Shown here piece after piece: positions 34,501-43,008 of a DNA stretch of 50,749 nucleotides. The DNA is from an uncultured Candidatus Saccharibacteria bacterium (GTDB lineage: Bacteria > Patescibacteriota > Minisyncoccia > Phycocordibacterales > UBA9973): assembly GCA_964484865.1 (NCBI GenBank), contig CAZAFG010000002.1:1-50749 (forward strand), written 5' to 3'. Both the position numbers and the translations under genes were made by a program. The first letter of the stretch is position 1, and each line of letters starts with the position of its first letter. The notes beneath the pieces were generated by a model. That model did no database searches and was not told the DNA's origin. It saw only the letters and a list, made by a program, of their open reading frames with translations.

Positions 34501-34717
34501 CCAAGCAGTCCGTCCGGTGGTCACCAAAAAGAATGATCGGATGGCGTTTTTACAAGTTGAAGACCTTACTGGTAGGATCGAAGTCGTAGCTTTTCCAAAA
34601 CTATTTGAAAAATCAGCCGATATTTTAGTTGCCGATCAGTGTATAGCACTCTCAGGTAAAATCTCTTTGCGAAATGGTGAAAAAAGTATCATAATAGAAG
34701 CGGTTAAATCTATTTAG
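31511..34717 (+). CDS. dnaE: DNA polymerase III alpha subunit
   Basis: 1068 aa. PHP domain FVHLHTHSHYSLLDG, the PDIDMDY catalytic region, GLLKFDFLGIRNL, FNKAHAASYG, and a C-terminal OB fold. No intein-like insertion is evident. Confidence 0.97.
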   Translation: MEKDTATKNGAGFVHLHTHSHYSLLDGLSKLEDLVDLAKKSGMPAIAITDHGNMYGAIEFYKLAKKEGIKPIIGVEAYMTAGSRFDKNVETNNGKRYYHLILLAKNLTGYKNLIKLVTLANLEGYYYKPRMDKEILREYSEGIIALSGCLGGELSQTVLRKDFEGAEKLVREYQDIFGKENYFIEIQNHPSVENDKFVREELVKLAKKTDVMVVATQDSHYPCSDDHDAHHTLLQINTQGDGKDGGKFEFSDDDFSFLSGEEMRKAFKDYPEAIENTVKVADMCNLELELGKWVFPDLKIEEGKTYDGKLRELAYAGFDRLGLEQNTERLTRVEYELDIILKKGYSPYFLVVGDLLRYARENGILTTIRGSVAGSMVTYLLGITNVDPIEYKLPFERFLNPYRPSAPDIDMDYADNRRDEMIEYAKQKYGEDKVAQIGTFGTMMARGSVRDVARALGYAYDIGDRISKMIPMGSQGMPMTIDHAMEIVPELKAAYKKEADTKKIINLAKKMEGCARHISVHAAGVVIAPSPISDYSPIQLDPKGGKRITQYDMYSIEEAGLLKFDFLGIRNLAILGDAITLVKKFYDIDIDIERIPLNDKKTFELLASGQTEGLFQLNGSGMTRYLKELKPTSIHDINAMVALYRPGPMESIPEYIKRKHNPHLVKYLDPRMKNFLKESYGLIVYQDDLLFCALEMAGYNWEEADKFRKAVGKKIPAEMAAQHEKFTKGIVTNGQTAKFAEELWKLFEPFQAYGFNKAHAASYGRVAYQTAYMKANYPVEYMTAILTAESGDVDQISIIIEECKKMKIPVLPPDINESYGGFTVVRPNNHSEKIRFGLYTIKNLGVDISDAIIAERKERGRFVSITDFLDRIKHKNLNKKSMEAMIKSGAMDELGERGELLGNLEDMLEYNREGSKQSANQTSLFGGLLNAPAFRLKEMPPAPQAEKLLWEKELLGLYISGHPLDRLREKLEGRSINIKRIKDEFGNGMEITIAGIIQAVRPVVTKKNDRMAFLQVEDLTGRIEVVAFPKLFEKSADILVADQCIALSGKISLRNGEKSIIIEAVKSI

Positions 34718-34741
34718 TTCACTTTTTCAACTACATATATT

Positions 34742-35020
34742 ATGAGACTTGGAAAGTATAGTGAAGTCGACATGACAGTTCCAATGATACCGAGCCTTGC
34801 AACACTTCGAGAGCTAGTGATAGTAAAAATAGCCCAAGAAAAATCCGAAGCGATAAAGCAAGAGTTTAATCTGGCATCTGAAACTGTAAAAAACGCTATT
34901 ATCTTAGATAAGACAATTAAGAACATACCGCTCGAGCCACATGAGCAAGAGTTTAAAGATTTGGTCTTACAAGAAAATAGAGAAGAAGAAGCAGCAAACA
35001 GTGGAGGATTTCACAGATAA
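34742..35020 (+). CDS. hypothetical protein (92 aa)
   Basis: ATG ORF 24 nt after dnaE, followed directly by a terminator hairpin. No family recognised. Confidence 0.45.
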   Translation: MRLGKYSEVDMTVPMIPSLATLRELVIVKIAQEKSEAIKQEFNLASETVKNAIILDKTIKNIPLEPHEQEFKDLVLQENREEEAANSGGFHR

Positions 35021-35023
35021 GGT

Positions 35024-35047
35024 AAAGGGAGCCTAGCTCCCTTTTTT
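35024..35047. terminator. bidirectional intrinsic terminator between convergent genes
   Basis: aaagggagc-cta-gctcccttt forms a 9-bp stem with a 3-nt loop, followed by tttt on the plus strand. It lies just downstream of both the 92-aa ORF stop and the pth stop (35046-35048). Confidence 0.7.
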
Positions 35048-35576
35048 AATTATTATAAATAGACATCGCTTTGCCTAAGCCTTCCGAATAGAAAGTATCT
35101 ATAGCTAAAGCGATGCGCTTGGAAAGTTTTTTTATTTCAGCAAGTTCTTCTTTTTTAAACTCTCCTAAAAGGAATTTTAAAACCTTCTCCTCCCCTTTTG
35201 GTTTTTTGGCTACACCTTTAGCGCTCACTGGAGACACTCCTACCCGGATGCGCACAAATTCTTCACTCTTGAGCGATTTGATGATGGAGCCCAAACCATT
35301 GTGTCCACCAGAAGATCGATTAAAAGATATTTTTATTTTGCCTAGTGGTAGATCGATATCATCGTACACAACAATCAAGTCAGCCAAATCTTTTTTAGAT
35401 TTAATCAGAGGCGCCACCGCTTTACCTGAATTGTTCATAAAAGTATCTGGAGTTAAAAACTTTACCTTAGCAGTCTCTAATTTCTCTTCTATATATCCGA
35501 GAATTATACGACCCGCATTGTGGCGGGTTTTTTCATACTCTTTACCTGGATTACCTAGTCCTACTATTAGTTTCAT
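35046..35576 (-). CDS. pth: peptidyl-tRNA hydrolase
   Basis: 176 aa. MKLIVGLGNPG.EY..TRHN.G, and FNRSSGGHNGLGSI (GGHNG motif). Confidence 0.95.
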   Translation of the reverse strand: MKLIVGLGNPGKEYEKTRHNAGRIILGYIEEKLETAKVKFLTPDTFMNNSGKAVAPLIKSKKDLADLIVVYDDIDLPLGKIKISFNRSSGGHNGLGSIIKSLKSEEFVRIRVGVSPVSAKGVAKKPKGEEKVLKFLLGEFKKEELAEIKKLSKRIALAIDTFYSEGLGKAMSIYNN

Positions 35577-35582
35577 ATATAC

Positions 35583-35588
35583 ACTATA
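35583..35588 (-). promoter_or_regulatory. -10 element TATAGT, 6 nt upstream of the pth ATG (no TG extension)
   Basis: Minus strand reads TATAGT GTATAT ATG. Confidence 0.4.
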
Positions 35589-35596
35589 AAACGCTT

Positions 35597-35626
35597 TTGA
35601 CTATTCCGTCAAGTAAGTTTTATGAT
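35597..35626 (+). promoter_or_regulatory. candidate sigma70-type promoter for the lepB-hisS-def-fmt unit
   Basis: TTGACT (35597-35602), an 18-nt spacer, then TATGAT (35621-35626). The predicted TSS is near 35633, which would favour the ATG at 35639 over 35630. Confidence 0.35.
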
Positions 35627-35629
35627 ACA

Positions 35630-36205
35630 ATGAGCGTCATGGAAGAAGAAAAACCTAAACAAAGCGGAAATTCCTTTTGGGAACTTGTTCGTTTTGCGAT
35701 TATCGCAATTGCTATCGTCCTACCAATCCGTATCTTTATCGCCCAGCCTTTTGTGGTCTCAGGCTCTTCAATGGTGCCAACATTTCAAGATGGCCAATAC
35801 TTGATCGTGGACGAAATCTCTTACCGTCTTGGAACTCCAGAACGCGGCGATGTAGTAATATTCCGGTATCCCAAGGATCCAAGTAAATTTTTTATAAAGA
35901 GAATCATTGGTCTACCAAATGAAACTGTTGATGTCGATGGTAACGAAATAACCATCACAAGTGATGTGCACCCTGATGGTATGAAATTATCTCAACCATA
36001 TCTCCGTACGGTTTCTAACACCCACGACCATATGGTGCTCGGAAGCGATGAATACTTTGTCATGGGTGACAACAGACCAGGAAGTTCAGACTCTCGAGTA
36101 TGGGGAGCGGTGGATAGAAAGTTTATCATTGGTAAGGCCTTCCTCCGACTACTTCCGATAGGTGAAATCAAATTAATGCCAGGTGCTTATGAATATGAAG
36201 ATTAA
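35630..36205 (+). CDS. lepB: signal peptidase I
   Basis: SGSSMVPTF (catalytic Ser box), GDVVIF, FIKRIIGLP (Lys box), GDNRPGSSDSR. The track start is a TTG at 35597. ATG candidates are at 35630 and 35639. Confidence 0.92.
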   Translation: MSVMEEEKPKQSGNSFWELVRFAIIAIAIVLPIRIFIAQPFVVSGSSMVPTFQDGQYLIVDEISYRLGTPERGDVVIFRYPKDPSKFFIKRIIGLPNETVDVDGNEITITSDVHPDGMKLSQPYLRTVSNTHDHMVLGSDEYFVMGDNRPGSSDSRVWGAVDRKFIIGKAFLRLLPIGEIKLMPGAYEYED

Positions 36206-36216
36206 TAAAAAATTAT

Positions 36217-37533
36217 ATGAATAAAATCAAAAAAGAACCAAAGAAAGAAGGCAAGCAGAAAAACCAAGACCTCGCATCACCGAAAGGCATGCGAGACATA
36301 ATGAGTGATGATTATTATTCGTTCCAAGGATTTTTCGAAAAAGCTCAAGAAGTAGCCGTATACTATGGTTTCAAACCTATCGAGACTCCCATGCTCGAAC
36401 ACGAAAATATCTTCACTTCCAGTATCGGCGAAGGTACTGATATCGTAGATAAAGAAATGTATACTCTAAAAACAAAAGGTGGAGACCACTTGGCTTTGCG
36501 CCCTGAGCACACTGGACCGCTTATGCGTGCATACATCGAACACGGCATGCAGACTATGCCTCAGCCCGTAATGTTTTATCAATACGGCCCAGTCTTCAGA
36601 CATGACAATCCTCAAAAAGGACGATACCGACAATTCAACCAATTCGATCTCGATATTCTAGGAAATGAAAAAAGTATCATGGACGCACTCGTGATCAAAG
36701 CTGGTATGAGTATCTTGGAAGAAGCAGGTGCCGAAAACCTTTCCATCGACATCAACTCTATCGGAGACAAAGAATGCAGAAATGGATACATTAAAGAATT
36801 AGTAAACTACTACAAAAAACATATCAGCAACTTGCCCCCAGTTGACCGTGAAAGACTAAAAAATAATCCGCTTAGAATTCTTGATTCTAAAGATCCAAAA
36901 ACAAAAGAAATAAACGAAGGCGCACCAGATGCAGTCTCGTTCCTCTGCCCTTCTTGTAAGAAGCACTTCAAGGAAGTATTAGAATATTTAGAAGAAATGG
37001 GTATCCAATACAATCTCAATAAATGTCTCGTGCGAGGTCTGTCATATTACACTCGCACAGTGTTTGAAATCATCGACGAATCTGATAGTGAGACTAAGGG
37101 CATGTCCATCGCTGGTGGTGGTAGATATGATTACCTTGGAAAACAAATTGGCGGCAAGAAAGATGTACCTGCAGTAGGTATATCTATTTCAGCAGACCGA
37201 GTGCTCCTCATGCCATGGTACAAAAAACTTTCTCCTCGCATCTTAAAGAAACCAAAAATTTACTTCATTCAACTTGGAACTGAAGCTAAACTTAAAAGTT
37301 TAAACATCATCGAGATTTTAAGAAAAGCCCACATCCCGATAGCTCAATCTTTATCCAAAGATTCTCTAGGTTCTCAACTCGCTATTGCCGAGAAGCTCGC
37401 CATCCCCTACGCTCTAATATTTGGAGTAAAGGAAGCTATTGAAAACTCTGTAATCGTTCGCAACATGCAAAACCGTTCTCAGAATACAGTGAAACTTTCA
37501 AAACTTTTAGAGTATTTAAAAGAGATGAAATAA
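36217..37533 (+). CDS. hisS: histidyl-tRNA synthetase
   Basis: 438 aa. PKGMRD, LRPEHT (motif 2 region), YQYGPVFRHD.PQKGRYRQF.Q, GGGRYD (motif 3). Confidence 0.95.
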   Translation: MNKIKKEPKKEGKQKNQDLASPKGMRDIMSDDYYSFQGFFEKAQEVAVYYGFKPIETPMLEHENIFTSSIGEGTDIVDKEMYTLKTKGGDHLALRPEHTGPLMRAYIEHGMQTMPQPVMFYQYGPVFRHDNPQKGRYRQFNQFDLDILGNEKSIMDALVIKAGMSILEEAGAENLSIDINSIGDKECRNGYIKELVNYYKKHISNLPPVDRERLKNNPLRILDSKDPKTKEINEGAPDAVSFLCPSCKKHFKEVLEYLEEMGIQYNLNKCLVRGLSYYTRTVFEIIDESDSETKGMSIAGGGRYDYLGKQIGGKKDVPAVGISISADRVLLMPWYKKLSPRILKKPKIYFIQLGTEAKLKSLNIIEILRKAHIPIAQSLSKDSLGSQLAIAEKLAIPYALIFGVKEAIENSVIVRNMQNRSQNTVKLSKLLEYLKEMK

Positions 37534-37534
37534 A

Positions 37535-38110
37535 ATGCCGGAAATTGTCCAACAACCAGCTCGTGTCTTGCGGCAGGTAGCTCTCGAGGTACCTGTGAAG
37601 TCTATTTCTACTCCTAAAATAAAAAAGATTCTAAAGGAGATGTCCAAGGCCTTAGCAGAACAAGATGATGGTGTGGCTATTGCCGCTCCACAGATCGGAT
37701 ACTCTTTGCGAATCTTTGTGGTATCAGGAAAAGTATTTAACAATGACTTCATAGAAAATAGAGCTGCTCGTCGCCGAGGAGAAACCAAAGAAATTATCAA
37801 GGTAGAAAAAACTCCTGACAGAGTTTTCATCAACCCAGTACTCTCCAAGCTCTCGCGCGAACGAGAGTGGATGCCTGAAGGATGTCTCTCGGTGCGCTGG
37901 CTATACGGTAAAGTTCACCGCTCCAAGAAAGCTTTTGCCGAAGCCTATGACGAGAATGGCAAGAAATTCAAACTCGGCGCCTCTGGACTATTGGCCCAAA
38001 TTTTTCAACACGAGACCGACCACTTAAACGGTATTCTTTTCCACGATTTTGCAAAAGATCTTCGTGAAGAATTGCCCGAAATTAAAACACAGATTAAAGC
38101 AGAAAAGTAA
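37535..38110 (+). CDS. def: peptide deformylase
   Basis: 191 aa. GVAIAAPQIG, EGCLS, HETDHLNG. Confidence 0.95.
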   Translation: MPEIVQQPARVLRQVALEVPVKSISTPKIKKILKEMSKALAEQDDGVAIAAPQIGYSLRIFVVSGKVFNNDFIENRAARRRGETKEIIKVEKTPDRVFINPVLSKLSREREWMPEGCLSVRWLYGKVHRSKKAFAEAYDENGKKFKLGASGLLAQIFQHETDHLNGILFHDFAKDLREELPEIKTQIKAEK

Positions 38111-38111
38111 T

Positions 38112-38915
38112 ATGAAATTTGTATTCTTTGGAACTCCAGATGTAGCAAGTGAAACTCTTGAAATTTTAAAAGATGCTGGCTATTTACCAGAACTCATCGT
38201 GACTGCACCCGACAAGCCTGCCGGGCGCAAAATGCTACTAACTCCGCCACCTGCCAAAACTTGGGCAATAGAAAATAATATTCCATACATACAACCTGAG
38301 GATATCAAGGACTTGGTAGTCGAACTACTAAGTGTAGATTTATTCATTGTTGTAGCTTACGGGAAGATGATGCCAGAAAATTTAATTAAACTTCCTCGAC
38401 TAGGCTCTATCAATATTCACTATTCACTACTACCAAAATATAGAGGTGCTTCCCCTGTCGAATCAGCTATTTTAAATGGCGATGATGAAACTGGCGTCAC
38501 TATCCAACACATGGAATTTAAAATGGATACGGGACCAATTCTGGCCGTAGAGAAGACACCCATAGGTGAAACTGAAACTGCACCAGAGCTTCGTTCCCGT
38601 CTCATAAAAATCGGCGGAGATCTTTTAGTAAAAATGTTGCCTGATTTTGTAGAAGGAAAAATAATACCAACATCTCAAAACGACTCACAGGCTACAAAAT
38701 GTAAAAAGATGACCAAAGAAGATGGCCTCATAAACTTAGAAGACGACGCTGTAAAAAACTACAACAAATTTAGAGCCTATGCCAAATGGCCCCGCACTTT
38801 CTTTTTCAAAGATGGCAAGAGATACATCATCACTGATACAGCACTCGAAGACGGAAAATTTATCATCAAAAAAGTTATTCCAGAAGGAGGAAAAGAACAA
38901 AACTATCAAGAGTAA
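38112..38915 (+). CDS. fmt: methionyl-tRNA formyltransferase
   Basis: ATG at 38112 gives MKFVFFGTPDVASETLEIL, 1 nt after the def stop. Also INIHYSLLPKYRGASPV (the HxSLLPxxRG motif). The track extension from 38049 overlaps def. Confidence 0.93.
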   Translation: MKFVFFGTPDVASETLEILKDAGYLPELIVTAPDKPAGRKMLLTPPPAKTWAIENNIPYIQPEDIKDLVVELLSVDLFIVVAYGKMMPENLIKLPRLGSINIHYSLLPKYRGASPVESAILNGDDETGVTIQHMEFKMDTGPILAVEKTPIGETETAPELRSRLIKIGGDLLVKMLPDFVEGKIIPTSQNDSQATKCKKMTKEDGLINLEDDAVKNYNKFRAYAKWPRTFFFKDGKRYIITDTALEDGKFIIKKVIPEGGKEQNYQE

Positions 38916-38961
38916 AAATTACCTAACTCTACCGGCCGAAAAAGTTAGATAATTTTATTTT

Positions 38962-40653
38962 TTAGTAAACTTCTTGTTGGTAACACTTTTCGCAATAAAT
39001 TATTTCTGGTTGGTCTGGTGCATACGAAGTCTCAAATTCCACTTCGCACTTCCCTTGATGGTTGTTATGTTCTTTCTCACACATGCACTTTCTGTGCCAA
39101 AGATTCGAAGGTCCTCTTAATACAAAACGATCTTTCAATCTACAAGCGAAACATTTTCGTGGAATAGGTATCTTCCATTTTTTATAAAAAATTAACTCTC
39201 CTGCCACTATTTTATAATTCCTACTACAAGAAACACACTCGAGAACTTCGTTAAGTATCGATTCATCCACATCATTAATGTCATCAGCAACTTCCACAAG
39301 AGTAGTTTTCCCTTTTGTTTGTTGAATATTATCTTGCCATTTCAAACCAATACTTACGGCTTGTTCTTTTGTTAATGGAAAAGATAATTGTGCCATAGTC
39401 TCGTTGTAAGCAAAAGGTGAATATTTCATAGGAAAAAACTCACCCCACTCTCCTGTGGTCTTCATATGGTTTATTATTTTTTCTTTTAAGTCTAAATATT
39501 CTTCTTTCAAATATTGTTTATTGAAGATTGAATACTCTCCATGTCGAAGCCCGACACATCCAAAACAATTATTAGAAGACATGCAAAAATCTGAATATAA
39601 AACATCAACACTCTTCCAAACATAATTCACAAATAAAGCTCGATTTGAGTGGTCTGGAGTAAGTCCTTCATAGCACTCAGAAAGTTCTCCTCCAACAGAA
39701 AGGTCGTAACTATCCTTCTCGGTGTCTCCATTTTCCATATATTTACAGTTTTCAGCTTTAGCTACATGGAAAACAAATTTCGCATTTTTACCATTTGCTA
39801 AATTATTTCCAACACAATCTACGCAATTAGCTAAATGGGCAAACTTATGAGGCTGATTTAGTAAAAAGTTTTCAAACTCTTTTTTAGCTTTCTGTATACC
39901 AAAGTAAGTTTCTAACTTATAACTCTTTAGTAGATTTTCATACTCCTCTTTAGAGTATTGTTTGTTTTGGATACAATACTTTTTATTCCTTAATCCAAAA
40001 CATTGGAAACAATCTGAACACCCAGAACAATCATAGCAAAAAGCACAATTCATTAAAGAATTGCTATTGTATACATATCGACAATTAAAACACTTTTGAC
40101 TATACATTACCTCGTATATACCTTCACATACATCAAAAATTCCCATACAATCCACAGCATCCTTTGCATTTGCTCCATAAGAAAAATACATACAATTTTC
40201 CAACTTCCAAGCAACCATTGCCATATAGCAATTTTTGCTGTATTGAACATTTTGCATGTATTCAGAATTCACACTTCCAGTTCCATTATCATTTACCAAT
40301 GCTAGCGCGGGAATTCTTGTGCGAAATTCCGCGAATTGCTTAAAAAATGATCGAGAAAAGTCAAAATCTTTTGCATAACTTTTAGGATCCCATTTGTCAC
40401 TCCACCAGCAAGTATTACAATAAATTACCTGAGGATTGTCAGGTGAATATATAGAGATTATTTTTCTAGCACACAAATCACATTCCCTGTTGTAAAACAC
40501 AAAGTCATTCCTCCAAGCCAACCTTCTCTGCCTCCTGCACTCCGGACAAAACGACGGAGGAGGAACTTTTATTTTTTCGTAAAAAGAAAAATCATCCGGC
40601 TCGATTATGAAATCTTGCTTACAGTTTTGACAATTTTTATTTTCACTAGTCAT
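38962..40653 (-). CDS. cysteine-rich (37 Cys) multi-zinc-ribbon protein of unknown function
   Basis: 563 aa. The N- and C-terminal modules share C..C-x(8-10)-F(Y)-x-K-x-(I/V)P-x-P-x-x-C-x-x-CR ... C..C ... (I/V)IYC..C. The middle carries two copies of C.GC.GLR...Y.I.NKQY.KEEY. The gene starts 4 nt after the hpf stop. Confidence 0.8.
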   Translation of the reverse strand: MTSENKNCQNCKQDFIIEPDDFSFYEKIKVPPPSFCPECRRQRRLAWRNDFVFYNRECDLCARKIISIYSPDNPQVIYCNTCWWSDKWDPKSYAKDFDFSRSFFKQFAEFRTRIPALALVNDNGTGSVNSEYMQNVQYSKNCYMAMVAWKLENCMYFSYGANAKDAVDCMGIFDVCEGIYEVMYSQKCFNCRYVYNSNSLMNCAFCYDCSGCSDCFQCFGLRNKKYCIQNKQYSKEEYENLLKSYKLETYFGIQKAKKEFENFLLNQPHKFAHLANCVDCVGNNLANGKNAKFVFHVAKAENCKYMENGDTEKDSYDLSVGGELSECYEGLTPDHSNRALFVNYVWKSVDVLYSDFCMSSNNCFGCVGLRHGEYSIFNKQYLKEEYLDLKEKIINHMKTTGEWGEFFPMKYSPFAYNETMAQLSFPLTKEQAVSIGLKWQDNIQQTKGKTTLVEVADDINDVDESILNEVLECVSCSRNYKIVAGELIFYKKWKIPIPRKCFACRLKDRFVLRGPSNLWHRKCMCEKEHNNHQGKCEVEFETSYAPDQPEIIYCEKCYQQEVY

Positions 40654-40657
40654 TTTT

Positions 40658-41041
40658 TTACTTCTTCCAAGGACGGTAGCTGGACGCGTCTTTCATTATC
40701 TCTTTTACTTTACGAGCACCTTTGTAAAACACATCCCATTTTTTGTTTTTGTTTCGACTTATTTCACGAAACAGAGTGTCCTTGATCTCATCTATGGTTT
40801 GAAAAATATCTTCTTTATCGCTGCTCGCATAGAATTTTTCTCCCAAGCTCTCGATCAAACAATCCGCATGAAAAATATCTCCAGACTTCTGTCCTCCTCT
40901 TTTAGCTATCTCGAAAAGTACATTAGTAGAGTTTTTATCACTACCTTTAAAAAACTTTTCTAAACCATTTATTCTTTTTAAGATATATTCTTTTACCTCG
41001 GGTGTTAGTTCTAAACTTGTTGCTTTGATATTTATGTTCAT
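40658..41041 (-). CDS. hpf: ribosome hibernation promoting factor (HPF/RaiA, S30AE family), short form
   Basis: 127 aa. MNINIKATSLELTPEVKEYILKRINGLEKFF is the typical HPF N-terminus. Confidence 0.8.
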   Translation of the reverse strand: MNINIKATSLELTPEVKEYILKRINGLEKFFKGSDKNSTNVLFEIAKRGGQKSGDIFHADCLIESLGEKFYASSDKEDIFQTIDEIKDTLFREISRNKNKKWDVFYKGARKVKEIMKDASSYRPWKK

Positions 41042-41047
41042 ATCTTA

Positions 41048-41056
41048 ATTATACCA
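41048..41056 (-). promoter_or_regulatory. extended -10 promoter TGGTATAAT, 6 nt upstream of the hpf ATG
   Basis: Minus strand reads TGG TATAAT TAAGAT ATG. Confidence 0.55.
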
Positions 41057-41068
41057 CTCTCTAGTGTC

Positions 41069-43006
41069 TCATCCCCGGCTAATCCCATTGCGCAACGCTT
41101 TCAAAATAGTGTCTAATTTCATAGTGGCCACACCGACGACTTTATCCGCCCCACCGTAATATATATAGATAATTCCTTTGCGGACTACGACCCCGCAAGG
41201 AAAAACTACATTGTTTATAAAGCCATGTTTTTCATAATCCATTTCTGGTTCAAATATTGGGTCCGTTGAGCGAGCCAAAACTATCGCTGGATCTTTTAGG
41301 TCAAGCAGTGCTGCACCCACTCGGTAAGTATTATGACTACGAGATACTCCGTGATACAAGAGCAGCCAGCCGTAGCGGGTTTTAATCGGTGGTGTTGCTA
41401 TGCCAACTTTCGCAGAATCCCAAGTATTGGTCCTAGGCCCAATAATTCGAATACATTTTTTTACATTTTCATTTTCAAAATCCAGATTTTTCAAATAGTC
41501 TCCACAAATTTCTCCACCCACACGGTGCACGATCAAATAACCATCTTTAAATTTAGAGCCAAAAATGCAGGCATCTTTATCATCCAAGTCTCGCGGAGTG
41601 ATGAGTGCGGGTTTGCTCCAATTCCAATTGCGAGCTAAAAAATCTTTTTGTGTGATTGAAGTGATAGCCACGCGTGGCGGACCAATACCATCATAGGCGG
41701 TATAACACATATATAAATTTTTTCCGATCGGAGTGATACGCGGATCTTCACATCCAGAAAATCCTCCTGGAATTTTTTTAATTTCAAAATCTTCCCGAGG
41801 CACATAGATAGGTTCGATCAGTCGCTCATCTATGTCTAAACCGTTTTTACTAACCGCATAGCCCATGGTCGAAGTATTATCTGCTGAAAATGCACGATAC
41901 AATATATGAACCTTGCCACCCAAATCCACCGCAGCTGGGTTAAATACCGCCTGAGCCTCCCAGGTACTACCACCTGGCACCAAGATCGGGTTTTTGTCGT
42001 GTCTCTTGAAAAAATAATTATCTCCAAACTTTGGATGCATACTACCGATAAGATCTGCTAAGTTGACCTCAGCGCTACAAACAGTAGTGTCTGCGGCACC
42101 GTAATAGATAATCAACTTCCCTTTCTCTACCAAGGCCCCACTAGGGAAAATTACATTTTGAATATAACCAGCAAGTTCGTAAGATTCTTCTGGTACCAAG
42201 ATTGGTCCTCGGGTTCGTCCCACGATCTTCTGTGGATCTTTCAAATCCAAAAGTAAAGCTTCGATACCAAAAACTACACTCTGATTTTGATTAGATTCAT
42301 TCCTAAAATAGTTTTGAATATGGGAGTAAACTAAGAGCCAACCGTGCTTGGTCTTGATCGGAGTCGCACCTACTTCAGTATGATCAAATTCGTTTCGCTT
42401 GGGACTGATAGTATGCTCGTCGATACTACGCTCCCAATTTTCCCAAAAAGTTTTAGACCAGAGCTCTTCTATGTGGTCGAGTCGAGCTATCACCATCTTT
42501 GGATTTGGTGAGTCAGTATGTGCAGAAAATATCACTACAATTTTTCCATCTATCCGCTCTGGAAAAAGAGTCATAGCCTTGGCATTGAAGGGCGTCACAA
42601 AGTGGCGGCTATCGACTTTTTTCAAATCTTTTGAAACGGCTACAGCCACCTTTATACCTTCAGGACCAAAAGGATACTTAGAAAGCGCAGTATAAAAAAT
42701 ATAGAATTTACCTTCAAAAAAAGTCACTCGAGGGTCTTCACAACCATACATATCCCACTCTTCTTTGGGGATTATAAATGGCCGGCGATTTGTAAAATTC
42801 TTTCCGTCACGACTTTCCGCAATTCCCACAATAGAGATTTGTTTTTGTTCGAGCATGTGATCATACGCTGAGAGCGCTCGATACATGCCATAAACTTTTT
42901 TACCGACTCGTACTGGCGACATATTAAAAGTCGCAAAGCTCTCCCAATAGTGATCGCGATTAGGAGTGAGTATGGGATTGTGCTCTGATTTTTTAGTAAC
43001 GAACAT
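41069..43006 (-). CDS. tandem double GH130 (DUF377) glycoside phosphorylase/hydrolase-like protein
   Basis: 645 aa with two complete modules. Each has NPIL.P....WE....FN......G.....YRA, GCEDPR(V/I)T, and a C-terminal YYG(A/G)AD. Module 2 starts near aa 330. Confidence 0.8.
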   Translation of the reverse strand: MFVTKKSEHNPILTPNRDHYWESFATFNMSPVRVGKKVYGMYRALSAYDHMLEQKQISIVGIAESRDGKNFTNRRPFIIPKEEWDMYGCEDPRVTFFEGKFYIFYTALSKYPFGPEGIKVAVAVSKDLKKVDSRHFVTPFNAKAMTLFPERIDGKIVVIFSAHTDSPNPKMVIARLDHIEELWSKTFWENWERSIDEHTISPKRNEFDHTEVGATPIKTKHGWLLVYSHIQNYFRNESNQNQSVVFGIEALLLDLKDPQKIVGRTRGPILVPEESYELAGYIQNVIFPSGALVEKGKLIIYYGAADTTVCSAEVNLADLIGSMHPKFGDNYFFKRHDKNPILVPGGSTWEAQAVFNPAAVDLGGKVHILYRAFSADNTSTMGYAVSKNGLDIDERLIEPIYVPREDFEIKKIPGGFSGCEDPRITPIGKNLYMCYTAYDGIGPPRVAITSITQKDFLARNWNWSKPALITPRDLDDKDACIFGSKFKDGYLIVHRVGGEICGDYLKNLDFENENVKKCIRIIGPRTNTWDSAKVGIATPPIKTRYGWLLLYHGVSRSHNTYRVGAALLDLKDPAIVLARSTDPIFEPEMDYEKHGFINNVVFPCGVVVRKGIIYIYYGGADKVVGVATMKLDTILKALRNGISRG

Positions 43007-43008
43007 TT

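Noticed and set aside
38916-38961. Terminator between convergent fmt and the Cys-rich gene
   Set aside because: Only a 6-bp AT-rich stem (ctaact/agttag) with a 14-nt loop is present. The T-run at 38951-38956 adjoins no convincing stem. This is too weak to call.
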